This document shows positions 1 through 11,870 of a stretch of DNA of 64,000 bases, one piece after another. Made by a program: the position numbers and the translations under genes. The DNA lies in the NCBI GenBank assembly GCA_965153455.1, contig OZ234493.1, positions 16,234,213 to 16,298,212 on the forward strand, in the 5' to 3' direction. Under the pieces are notes generated by a model, which saw only the letters and a program-made list of their open reading frames with translations, was not told the DNA's origin and did no database searches. Source of the stretch: Sphagnum compactum. Taxonomy: Eukaryota. Each line of letters starts with the position of its first letter. Position 1 is the stretch's first letter.

Positions 1-62
1 ACTTTTCCTAAGCTTGAAAGTTTTTTGCACATTGAAAAATTAAACATTAACCTTGCCTGCTG

Positions 63-292
63 TCCCCCAGGGAAACCCAGTCTGGTCACCCTGCTGCCAG
101 GAATGGGCAGCCCTAAATGGAACCAAAAAAAACTCAAAACCAATGGTAGAAAAAGTAAATTTTTTATTACCTTGTCTGCTGTCTGCACTCTGTACGTCTG
201 TCTATCCCCCAGAGAAACCCCTTAGCCTGGTCACCCTGCTGCCAGAAAAGGGCAGAGTTAGCGAAACCAACAAAAAAAACTGAATACCAAAA
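63..292. repeat. Two imperfect direct copies of an ~85-bp motif (core CTGGTCACCCTGCTGCCAG), about 145 bp apart
   Basis: TCCCCCAGGGAAACCCAGTCTGGTCACCCTGCTGCCAGG at 63 vs TCCCCCAGAGAAACCCCTTAGCCTGGTCACCCTGCTGCCAGA at 205; both are followed by GGGCAG and an A-run. Confidence 0.7.
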
Positions 293-974
293 GACGGGCA
301 GGAGGAACAAAAAAATGAAGAAAGGGGGAGTTAGGGGGATTGTGATGTGGGAACGGGGTCCGGGGAGCGGAGATGCACGGGGGAACTGGAGAACGTATCC
401 ACGATGGGGGCAGAAAGCCCGTGCCCGCCACTCGCCTCCCGCCGCCTATATTTCATCCTTTACCACAAAGGCCACAGAGCTGCAAAGTCGCCAAGCTGCT
501 GAGATTTCCTCTTCCTTTTTCTATCATTTGCTGCTGCTCCTTCTGTTGTTGTTTGTTGTGTCGTGCTCCAGTGCTGCTGTTGCTGCCTGCAGTCCATGAT
601 CGTTTGTCGTCAGCTACTGCTCCTGTTCCTTGTTGCAGATCCTTTGCACAACACCCATTTGTTGTAAAAGAAGCAGCTCTCTGCTTTGTGTGCGGAAAAC
701 TCGCTGGAGAAAATAAGTCGACAGCAGTCTTTTCTTCTGTCGTGGTCTCGCCTCTTCTTCTTCTTCTTCTTCTTCTTGTGTTATATACTGTTGTAGTAGG
801 TTGTCCGCTCTCATTTTCCCTCCTGCATCTGTTTTCCCCCCACCCCCTTTTGTTTAGCAGGTAGCTCCAAAAGTGTCTGCATTGTGCACATACGCCGTCG
901 TCGTACTTGTTGCAATTTGCAAGCACGGTTTGGAGTTTAGTGAATCTGAGAGCAGTCGTGGTTGGTCTTGTTCT

Positions 975-989
975 GAGAGAGAGAGAGAG

Positions 990-1047
<58 letters not shown>
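975..1047. repeat. (GA)n microsatellite in the probable 5' leader of the ACR gene
   Basis: About 36 GA units with one GC interruption; a (CTT)n run also lies at ~752-777. GA/CT tracts are typical of plant 5' leaders. Confidence 0.95.
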
Positions 1048-1049
<2 letters not shown>

Positions 1050-1278
1050 TAATTCTTTATAACGGGGCAATGCATGGTTTTCTAAAGGATTCTGCATGGT
1101 TCACGCGGACTTGAGTTCTTCGTGTTGAGGATGTATATTCTGCTGGATACTGCGTTGAAGAGCTGGCAATCACTAAGAGCTCCACGACCTGCTAAGGTGT
1201 CCTTTCTAGGTATCTAGAGACCCTGAGACAAAGTTCTTTTTCTGGAGGAATCATCCTGTTGGATCTACCCAGAACTCC

Positions 1279-3810
1279 ATGGCGGCTCCTGGCATTGCAT
1301 CTGGAAGCTGGCCCTACTTTGATCCTGACTATGAAACCAGCGGGCCTCGCTTCAATCCTCCTAGGTATGACATTCCTGCAACCCACCGCCGGTAGCATGG
1401 TGATAACATCATTCAAGCTCTTCTTTCTCATGGGTTGCTTGTGCTTGTGGTGCAGAGTCGTAGTTGACAACGATGCATTCGAGGATGTTACAGTCGTGAA
1501 GGTACTAGGTTTCCTCTTCTTCTTGTTCCTTGAAGCTGATGCTGGTGTTCCTAGCTAGGACAATGCTGCTGCCTTGTACTGTGAAGTCGCTGGATCTTAC
1601 TACGAGCATCATCATCTGACTGCTGTTGCCGCTGGAAATGTGACAAAACAGTTCCACAGCGCTAACAGACACAGAATTCTTCTCAGCGTTGTACAAGTTC
1701 TCACTGATCTCGAGTTGGCCATATCCAAAGCTTATATCTCTTCCGATGGCGGATGGTTTATGGATGGTATGTATGCTGCTCCACATGGAATCTTTTCTCT
1801 CAGCAAATCGTGAGGCTAAATCCTTCCTTGCGTCTGCAAATCTTCGACACATTCTTCCTCTTGATTCTCGATTTGTCACTGATTGTGCCTTTTTCTTGGC
1901 GCAGTGTTCCATGTGACAGACTTGTTCGGGAAGAAGGTCTCCGAGGACAGAATCATGAACTACATTCAGCAGGTCCGCGAAGACACCAGAAGCAGCAATT
2001 GTTCTTCCTTCTCTTCTCTGGGCTGTAGGTGTAGGTTTGCTGCAATGGGTAGCCTTTTTTCTTTTTTCTTCTTTTTTCTAAGATTTTCCTGGGGCTCCTC
2101 CTGTCTGCAGACATTGGGAGCTAGAAAGAAGCGGGAAGTGTCCTCAGTTGAGCTTTTGCGGTGCCCTGGTCGCTCGGTGGGAGTGAAGTCCATAGCCGAG
2201 CACACAGTGATAGAGCTCACAGGGACAGACAGACCAGGGCTTCTGTCAGAGGTTTCTGCCGTGCTCACAGAAACAGGATGCAATGTCAATGCGGCGGAAG
2301 TATGGACACACAACTTGAGAGTAGCTTGTGTAATCTACGTAACAGACGAGGAGACGCCCGGCCCCGTTGCAAACGGGAACAAACTGGAACGCATCAAGAA
2401 CCAGCTATTCCAAGTCATGAAATCAGGTGATGACGAAATCAGGGGTGCTAAGACAGACTTTGGAACCGAGGTGACGCACACGGAGAGACGGCTTCATCAG
2501 ATGATGTTCGCGGATCGTGATTACGAAGAAGCCCTTGAGCTTCCCACAACGACAACAACAACAAGATGCAGCAACAGCAGCAGCATCAGAAGAAAAAGTC
2601 TAGCGGCAGATAAGGAGAAGCCGGTGATCGCCATCCAGAGCCGTAACGAGAGGGGCTATTCTGTGATCAATATTTCTTGTAAAGATCGACCCAAGCTTCT
2701 ATTTGACATCGTTTGCACCTTGACAGACATGCAATACGTCGTCTTCCACGCCACCATCGATTCCAATGGCACTGATGCTGTACAGGTATGTACCCCATTC
2801 CATGCTCCAGGAGCAGGATTTCCAGTTTCCACCCCAGGAGGTAGGGTTTCGAGAGAGTGGAAGATCAGAGATATGTCACAGTTTCAGGGACTTCCTCCCT
2901 CCCATCACTCTTGTTCATAATGGGCACTTGAAGAATTTGAGTTCATTGTTTATTGTTTTTGCATAATAGAAGGAGGCCCTAGTTTGAGAAGCTTTTGAGA
3001 TCTTGACACCTTCCACATGGGCCTTTACTGACCCTTAAAGAAGACAGGTACCTCAAATGCTGGAAGGTTCTCAAATTAGGCCCTTCTCTCATGCATGCAC
3101 CCCTGAACTGGTACCTCAAGATTAAAAATATTGCATTGTTTCAAATTGCTCCCTGACCAGCCTGCAATTTCTTTCTTTGCCTTCATAACAGGAATACTAC
3201 ATTCGTCATGTCAGTGGTTGCACTCTCGATATAGAAGCTGAGAAATGGATGAAGCAGTGCCTGGAGGCTGCCATTGATCGGCGATCTTGTGAGGTAAGAA
3301 AATTTCCATCTGAGAAAGAACTTGACTGGCATGCATGATATGAAGATTTCTTGAATGGTGAGAAAGAGCTTTCCAAAGCATTCTGCCAACTGATGTGTTT
3401 TGCATTTTATTATGGTGCAGGGTCTGAGACTGGAGTTATGCACACGTGATAGGGTGGGGCTTTTGTCTCATGTTACACGAGTGTTTCGAGAAAATGGTCT
3501 GTCAGTCACAAGGGCAGATGTAGCAACCCAAGATGACAAGGCAGTCAATGTGTTTTACGTCATCAAGGCTTCTGGAGATCCAGTGGACATCAACATTGTA
3601 GAGACATTGAGAAGGGAATTGGGACACTCAATACTTGAAGTGAAGGAGACCCCAAGGTTTTGTAAGCCCCCTCCACAAGAGTTGCAATGTCCATCGAAGC
3701 TTTCACTTGCAGGCCTCCTCCGATTGTCCGAACGCTTCTTGTATGGCCTGGCAACTCTCAACTGGAGGTCTATGTCAACTGCAGGAGCTTCTACTCAACT
3801 TGGGTTGTAA
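1279..3810 (+). CDS. ACR: ACT domain repeat (ACR) protein, four ACT domains, 493 aa; exons 1279-1364, 1456-1501, 1652-1766, 1905-1972, 2111-2785, 3192-3293, 3421-3810
   Basis: All introns are GT-AG and phases join into one 1482-nt ORF. Translation MAAPGIASGSWPYFDPDYETSGPRFNPPRVVVDNDAFEDVTVVK...KAYISSDGGWFMDVFHVTD...IELTGTDRPGLLSEVSAVL...AAEVWTHN...THTERRLHQMMFADRDYE...CKDRPKLLFDIVCTLTDMQYVVFHATI...EYYIRH...LELCTRDRVGLLSHVTRVFRENGLSVTRA matches hallmark plant ACR family motifs. Confidence 0.95.
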
Positions 3811-6800
3811 GGATTACTGTTTGTGAGGTCCTGTCACATTTCACCAGGTAGCAAATTCTTTAAAGGTTTTTTGAAATTGTAGTATGTTATTTGGACTCTT
3901 AAGAAAGATATGCCATGGTGGTCTTCATGGAGAATTGTGAAGCAGTCAGTTCCATTTTTCAGTGTATTTATGGTGTTAATTCATCTTTTGAGACACAGGT
4001 TATAAAGGTTTTCAAAGAATGATATTGTAGTAGTGTGAGCTTATTGGTTAACTTTGGGCTGCAGGAGACAGTTAAATGGGAGTCAAATGGAACAGTGGTT
4101 GAGCATGTTGCAATGATAAAGACCTACACCTCTGGTTGGGCTCTACTGGAAAGGCCTTTTGAGTGTTCTGTAGGTATGTCCTATATGTAGTACTATACAC
4201 TTACATTGTATGACTGGAGATTTATTATGGATGGCATTGTGTGGGTGACAACATGTGTCTGATGCATGGTCAACCTGTTTGCATGATTCTACAGACATGA
4301 GCAAAATGGTACAACCAAAAAATGCCACATCTAGGATGAAGGAAATGGAATGAATTGCAATATCAGAAGCAGCAGAGTTGTTGGGCACCTGAATAATATG
4401 CTGGCCACATTGTGGGATTCTGGCAACCCTCCTGTAAGGTTTCTGGTTACTGACTCTGCTTGTTGGAATGCATTGGCTTTAGAGATAACTGTTGTTCATT
4501 TCAGGACACTCTAGCACTGCTGGCTACCTTGAACATTAGATTAGTTGCTGTGGCTTTTTTATCGGATACAGATGCATCTGAAACAAGGTGAGGTTGTTCT
4601 AATAAGCATAAGAGCAAATGCTTTGCAGGTGGCACAAGACCTCAACTAGCAATAGATTCAGCTTCCAAACAGTCATTGCCAAATGGGCTGCAAGAGTGAA
4701 CTTGCACAAAGGACACCAGTTCTATGATAGGTAGCCATTTAAAATGTCATCCAGGTTACAGCTTGTCCTGGGCACTGCTGATGGAAGGTCCAAATGCCAG
4801 CCTGCTGTGAATTTGATATTCCTTTCTACTTCTGGAGTTTCATAGATCTGAAGATGATATTAATCCTGAGGGTGACACTAAGATGGGCAACCAGCCAGCC
4901 AGCTCTGTTCTTTCTTCCCATGCTGGATCAGTTAATGTCAATGTGTGCACATTGTACATTCCAAATGAGTCTTGCTGTAACAATCATGTAATTATTAAAT
5001 CAGACTTCTGACGTTTCTAAATTTTGCTCTCTGATCTGCTCTTGCTTTCTTATTAAATGTTATTATTTGCTCAATACATGAATGTTGTTTCTGTTAGTTT
5101 GAATGGTGAGATTTAATGCCAGCAAAAAAAGTCAGATCAATGACTGCAAAGATTGAGTGGGAAACGTTGTGGGTACAACTCAATAAATCAGCATAGAAAA
5201 AAACCTTCATTTTTTTTCAGAAGAACTTGGTGGGACACTGAAAGTTGCCAACAACACTTTACTGTCCAGAAACCTCAGGAATCTCAGTCTGTGAATCTGC
5301 AGACAATATTCCAACAACATGTGAAGTGTGAAAAAGATTATTCTTCAAATCTCATTCAGGGTTAGAATCTGCAGATCTTATTCAAAATGAGTGTCATTTA
5401 AGGATAATATTTGGTGTAACAGTGTTAACATTAAAAATATCTTCATAGCACATTAGAGATGTTGCAATTGATAGCAGGTGGGTCCATTATGAAAATTCTG
5501 TTATTTTGATCTCCTTTGTGACAGATTTCTACCCTTGACTGGCTGTGTATTAAAAAATAATTAAGTATTGGCTAACTCTGGAAGTTTCCAAGATGCATTT
5601 GTACAATGCACACGTTTGTGTAGCCTCCAAAATAAACAGCCTTGGGCATCTAAATGGCTTCACTGTGTAAAGTCAAGTGCGAGAGGGTTCTTGTAGACAT
5701 GAGAAGCCTCTCTCTCTCTACTATCACCTGTTGATAGTGGGTATTTGATTGGCAACATGCATTATTAGCAACGTAGGTGACAGTGTGTCTCATTTCACCC
5801 TTTCATAGGCTTATGACCCTTCCAATAAAATATGGCATTTGGTGTAGAGGTTTGGTTCATAGTTGAGATCATCAAGACCTTGTAGATTCTAAATTCTAAG
5901 TGTATGCGGAGGGCACCTTACCTTAGTTAATATTCCTGCTGCAACAGAGGAAGCACCTTATTCCATAACAGAGAAGGTACCTTACACAAACAAATTCACA
6001 CTCATTAAAATTCTAGCAGATCTTTCTGTCAGATAAGGACCTCAAACGTGGCAGTTCTGGTAATTCAGGTCCATGCTTGACTCCTGCCTTTCACTAGACC
6101 CCCATGCATAGAGCAACCCTCTTTTCAGTCAATATCCTACACTTCAGTGTCTCATAATTGATGCCCTAAATGAGAGAAAGATTAAGTTGCCATAGTGGTG
6201 GTGACAAGCTATTTTGCTGTTGGCCTCAAGAAGTGCAATTAACATACATATTTTAATCGGGACATCTAAAGCATGTTGCACACAATTGCCCTTTAGCAAA
6301 ATTAAAGATTAGGTGCAAATTGATTTTCCATGCAACTAAAATCCCCTTCTAAAGCTATAAGGCAAATGCAATTGAATTTGAATTAAAAACTTATTACAAA
6401 AAAAAAAAACATCAAGCTTCTAAATTAACAAGAAAAATAGGGCACAAGATTATAAGGTGATTTATAACTCTTGGGAGAAAGAAAAAACTCTTTTGATCAT
6501 TGCGTGAGGAAGAGTGATTTCCTTTGTTTTGAGGTGGAGGATTTGGAGCACCTTCTCAAGCTTCCTCCTCCTCCCCTCTTCAGAAGGGGGACAAACAAAG
6601 CCCACATTGTTGATCTTCAATCTGCCACAGCTAAAAAAGCATCTAAGCTTGAAATTAGATCCAGATGGTTGTAACATCAAAACACTTTGTAGTAACCACT
6701 CCAAATGGAAGCTGGTTAAAGGTAAGCTTAGAGATGAGCATATATAGAATACAATTTGAAACTAACATCAAGCAAACAAATAAATGAATAGCTGTTTTAA

Positions 6801-7044
6801 GATAAATTTCAAGTTAACATTAGGTAACACTCATAAGGGTTTTGAAGGACTAGTGTGCAATGGTTCTTTGACCTTTGAATGTCTTTAATTAGACACTTAT
6901 GTTTAGGGTGAAGCCCGAGGGGATGCGCTTCATGGGAATAAGGGCGCTCCATGAAGTGAAGCCAAGCATGGGCCTTATTCCCATCAAGCCTGCCTCGTTG
7001 GGCATTACATGGTGTAAAAACTACTGCAGTTTTTGAAAAAGTTT

Positions 7045-10000
7045 GAGCTTGAGCAAGGGCAGTCTGGATGCCTGGAAATGTTGTAGTTCCATATGTTCCA
7101 TAGATGTTCTCCCTCACAGGTCCATACATCTGCGACAGTGCCACTGACAGATAAAGGAGTTTCATGTGGCAAATACATCATGGGTTCAGTTGATGTTTCT
7201 TGCAATATTATAAGATAGGACCCCCTTTCTGTTCTACAAAGAAAGCATTTCTCAGATAGCACACAAACTCACAGTAGGGAAATTGTTTGCGGTCTCTCAA
7301 GCACTGGATTATCTGAGAATATGGGGAATTGCATTACATGACATCTTGGGTTACAGAAGACTGTGGGCAATAAAACCCAGTGAGTTTGTGCAGTCAGTTT
7401 TTGCAGATGATTGCACCAAAATTACCTGCAGGTCTGTTGCATATGTTACGTAGTCTAAGGGCAGCACCACGTCACTAGATAGCCACATTGCCAATAGGCC
7501 CCGCAATTTTGTAACTGCAAGCAAAGGAAATATTACCTTGCGCTGGAGACTCAAATATCCATTAGCAAAACATTGTGCTATCTACTCTTCTATCTACTGG
7601 ACAGAGAAGACACCTATCCTACTCCTAACAATGAACCTTTAAATGCACAGCCAGAGATTACCTCTCATAGCAAGCTTTCTAACTTCTACAATACTGTTCA
7701 TCCAGAGAAAGGAACAAAATCAAAATGGAAGGATGAAGTACCAGCAACATGATGATGAAACAGTGGGTCTCCAAATTTCTCCACCCAGTTGAAGTTATCA
7801 TATGCAAAGTGATTCATTGGATTATCATCTCGAAAAATCAATCGCCAAGCAAACCTCCAAGCAAACAGTGTTATGAGAGCCTTGGTTTGAGAAGAAGGGC
7901 ACTGTATCTAGTTGCTTGAGCCTTAAGCTGACAATGTGATTGCCCAATGACGAATGATCAAAGACAAAAGACTTTCACAAGAGCCTTGTTATGACAAGAA
8001 GGTTCACAGTGTCCACCATCTTAACCTTAGGCTGCAAGTCCAGCCCTACCTGCGAACAGCATGGAAGTGTCTCCCAGCCTTCACAGCTATGCCTACCTTT
8101 GGATTTGGATCCTTCTAAAAATCCCTAGCAGATCTTAGAACAATACCAAAAACTATGTGCAGCCATTCACATTCAGATGTAATCAAAACTTCTTGATCAG
8201 ACAGGTTTTGGCTCTTACCAGCACCAAATTCTAAGTAAGAGCTGGAGCTGACAAGAATAGTGAGGAGTAAAACTTCACCAAGGGGATTCACAAAGCTGAT
8301 GTGCTTAGTAACCTCCTGCAGAAGGTCATCAAGTTGTGGTGAAGCTCCGGCAGAGAAGCCCAGACCAATCACACAAGCATCTAGATTCAGATTTGCAACT
8401 GCATTTACACCCAAAAGGTCGATATTTTGCTCCACCCACTCTGTAGATCCCACCTGCATCCACCTCACCTCATGCTTGCTTTCTGTTCTCCTCGTTTTAT
8501 GCACAATGAATCAACCTTTGGCTTTAATGCTGTTTGAGCATAAACTGTGGGTGCAAATTATATTAATCTCCTGAGAAAGCATGACCAGCTTTCCATCTAC
8601 CTCAGTCAGATTGGCTGGAAATACAACATGTGAGTGTGCTGAGGTTCTTCTGTCCCAATTATTAGGACCCACTGTGTGTGTTGATGTGATTCTGTTTTCA
8701 ATGGTATTTCACAGGCTGAGAGATCTATTTGATTGGTGCAACAGCAACAAAAACCCTTAATCAATGTGCATGCCATTACTTAGTCCCTAATACAATACAA
8801 ACATATTGATGACTAAAGGGCAGGCAGTAATTTGGCCTCAAGCCAATGTATGCCTAGCTCACAAATTCTTAAGATCTGCTCAAATAGGAAAGGCATGTGA
8901 AGGAGAAGAACAGCAGACAGACCACACTACACTCTTCAGCATCCCAACTGCACAACACCATACTTCTTGGTTGCCAACCCTTTGCTACAAGCTCACCCAA
9001 CTGCTGTGCAACCTTTGCATACCCAAATCTTCAGTGTTAGACCAGCAGTCTGTGCTTGTTGACAATATGAAGCAGTGGCCTAGTGCAAAAACTGTTTGCT
9101 CATCTCATTTATGAGCGCAGGAGGACAAGGGTCCAGTCCCAATGGGACAAGTTATACCATCTGAATGATGTAAACCTTGGCACCTCTCCAAGAAAAGTCT
9201 CTTAGTTATGCTGGCTTTAACATATTTTTCCCTTCTTTTCTCTTATCTTGTCAGACACATAGGTTCTTACATCTCAAGAAAGCCTTGGCTTGATTGTCAG
9301 CACAACAAAATGACAGAGACAATTCAACCAGAGGCATGATTAATCGACACACATGCTGAAATGAACCACCCCCAGTGACATACAAGATATCCAGTGAGCA
9401 GTTAGACATCAAGAAGTGATGCTGTGCCACTGTGAGGATCCACAGCCCCCAAAACCCAAGAATCATGGTGATTTCCTAATATATTGTTCCTGCCCCGCAC
9501 ACATCATAAAACATTCGCTTATGACAAGCAGCAACACTTACTTATATGCCACTGATAGTTTCTTATTCCAAATGAGCTAACACCCATGCATCAAAACCCA
9601 CTATGTTGGCACATCCTCCTTTATTTCAACTCTTGTGCACTAGGAAGGAATTCCAGATATCCACTCTTTCCTGCATCCTCATTCTGCAGAAGCTCAATGT
9701 GTTACCCAATGTAGACCTTTATCACTAGAAGTGCACCAGAATACCTATCAGGCTTGTTTGCTCCTTTTATGGTAGCAATCACATTCTGTATTCATGTTAC
9801 AGTTTGATTGGAGTGGAAAAAGTTGTACAACACTCAATGGTCAGTCCTCTCTAAAGCCTTGAGTGTCACTCGATTTCAAGCCAGGCTATATGGTCACTAC
9901 TTCCATTCTTAGTGCTCCCTGTCAGGAGTATGCAACAAAGCCAGCAAAAGAGTGTTTATGCAATCTACTGCCAGGTTGGGAGAGGACAAATACTCATAGA

Positions 10001-11021
10001 CAATTGAATTATGCATATGATTACTACTTGAAAGCACAAACATGACGAGAAGGAAATGCTGCAGCTAGATGCACAAATAAGTTTAAAATTGAGGCACAAG
10101 CACATACTGGCTCCTCACACACATTGAACAAAAGTGGCAATGCAAGAAAACAGCTTCACACTAAATGAGAAGTTGAGTGCTCTAGGCCCTCGTCCAACCC
10201 TGTAGTGAGGCAAATCCAAGGCACCATGCCATTCAGCTGGGGAGACGGGACCACTTAAAGAGGCCAGTATGGGCAGTGCATCCTCAGCTGATATGGGCAG
10301 TGATGGAATGGTAGGCAGCGTAGTCTGAGGGTCAGAGAGTGAGGGTCGGAGAGTGATATCCTTTCTGCATTCGGAGTGCTAGGCCAGCTATGAGTGAGAG
10401 GGTCACCCAATCCTGTACACTGAACCCCTTTGAGTGCAACTGGGAGGCAGCCATTGAGAATCTGAGTAAACTCCTTGGGTGTAGTTTGCTGCATAATCTC
10501 GAGGATCTGAGTAGATAACAACAGCAACTGCCCCAGCCTGGGCTGCACTCTCAACATTGTCTCCTCAGTAGATTAAGCCATACCTTGCAATTACAATCAC
10601 ATCTTTCACATTTATCCCCAATTTTCCCAGCTTCTGGAAATCCTCTAGTCTCCCATAGTTAGCATACACCACCTCAGCATTCACATTTACAGAGGGAGAA
10701 AAACTGTGAAATGTTGGCATCACCTTTGGATTGCTACTGTAGACATCTCCTAACCCAGGCTTCCCTTTCAGTGAGAGCACAATAGGCTCCTTTGCCGGGG
10801 ATAAGAGAAAGATGTAAAGGATAGGAGAGAAGCACATCATAATCTGTGTGATGTGCAGAAAGGCCATAATTGTGGAACTTATGGAAGACATACTCCGCAG
10901 TTGCAAAATCTTGGGGAGTGCCAGCCACATGTGGCTCTTTGGTAAGGCAAAAAACATGATTCCTGATGCTTCCATTGTTCACAGTTCCAATGAATTCTTG
11001 TTGCCAATACTGTTGCTGCAA
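7045..11021 (-). pseudogene. Glutamate carboxypeptidase II (peptidase M28B; AMP1/LAMP1-like) pseudogene, copy A, intron-containing
   Basis: Minus-strand remnants in the expected order: LTKEPHVAGT, DYDVLLSYP, PTFHSFSPS..NAEVVYANYGRLEDF, IARYGLIY*GD (TGA at 10565-10567), WLPPSCTQRGSVY/GLGDPLT, PSLPISAEDA, *IQNVIATIKGANKPDR (TGA at 9792-9794), [92 protein letters not shown]. Frameshifts near 10805 and 10415 plus in-frame stops. Confidence 0.9.
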
Positions 11022-11439
11022 GCAACTGTAACCACCACAAATGGATTGAGCTTAACCTACCTCCAAACCTGGATTCAAACAACCTGCAATCAGAAAGTTC
11101 TTGCAGAAGTACAGAATTAGTACAGCAATTCTGATTGCAAGCTTGCAGAAGTACTAGAAATCGCCCCTGCAATTTCTGGACATGTAGTGGTTCCCACAAT
11201 GTGTCATAACATGCAAATTAAAGTACTACCGGGATGTTAAGACTGCATAAATTTCTATAATTTCTCTATCACATGCAACATTGCATAAGAATCCGTAAAG
11301 CAATTCACAAGTTTCACTTGGAGAGTGCTCCTGCATCAATGCTTCGGAGCTGAAGCTTGACCATGAAGGTGATATAGTGTGATTCATATTAATTAGTTCG
11401 TGGGTGCACTCATAACTTTTTTTTGAAATAGTCATAATT

Positions 11440-11870
11440 TCATTGGCCCATCAACATTTTTTTTTTGGAACATTGAGCTCTCCCCAATGGAAGCATCTCT
11501 TCCAAACCCCAGTTGCAAAATAGAAATAAATTTGTTCCCCAACAGTTTATATACATGAGAATTGAACTTTTGGCAAACCATATGGGATAAAATTGAGGTG
11601 CTATTGAGCATGCCTTAGGGAACAACTTGTGAACTTGGGGAATCTCAAGGGAACGTGATGAGAACACGTTAGGAACACATTGCGAACAAGGAAGTGAAAA
11701 AAAAAAAAACTCCCCCCACCCCCACCCCACCCCCCAAGGAAAAAACAGGGCTCATCGCAAGTGCATGCTGAGCCCTCCCATTGGCTGCATGAAATTTCCA
11801 TTCTCGAAACCGTTTGTCACCATTTTTGGCCTGGGCTAATGGCAGTGGCAGAAATCTGGGGACATAGTGT
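11440..11870. repeat. Interspersed repeat with a GGGAACA/GAACACATTG-rich core (non-autonomous element); related copies at ~20130-20490 and ~37390-37640
   Basis: Shared blocks TATG(G/A)GATAAA..GCTAT(T/G)G..GAACACATTG(G/C)GAAC in all three copies; the first two also share TTTTGGCCT(G/A)GGCTAATGG. Confidence 0.7.

Noticed and set aside
315-1097. Long ORFs on both strands upstream of ACR (e.g. 373-864 +, 453-1097 -)
   Set aside because: Products of GA and CTT microsatellites and low-complexity leader sequence; no recognisable domain.
6462-6704. Peptide KLEKVLQILHLKTKE seen both here and at 33951-34166
   Set aside because: Explained by DNA-level duplication of the pseudogene 3' flank; the reading frames upstream differ between copies, so there is no evidence of coding constraint.
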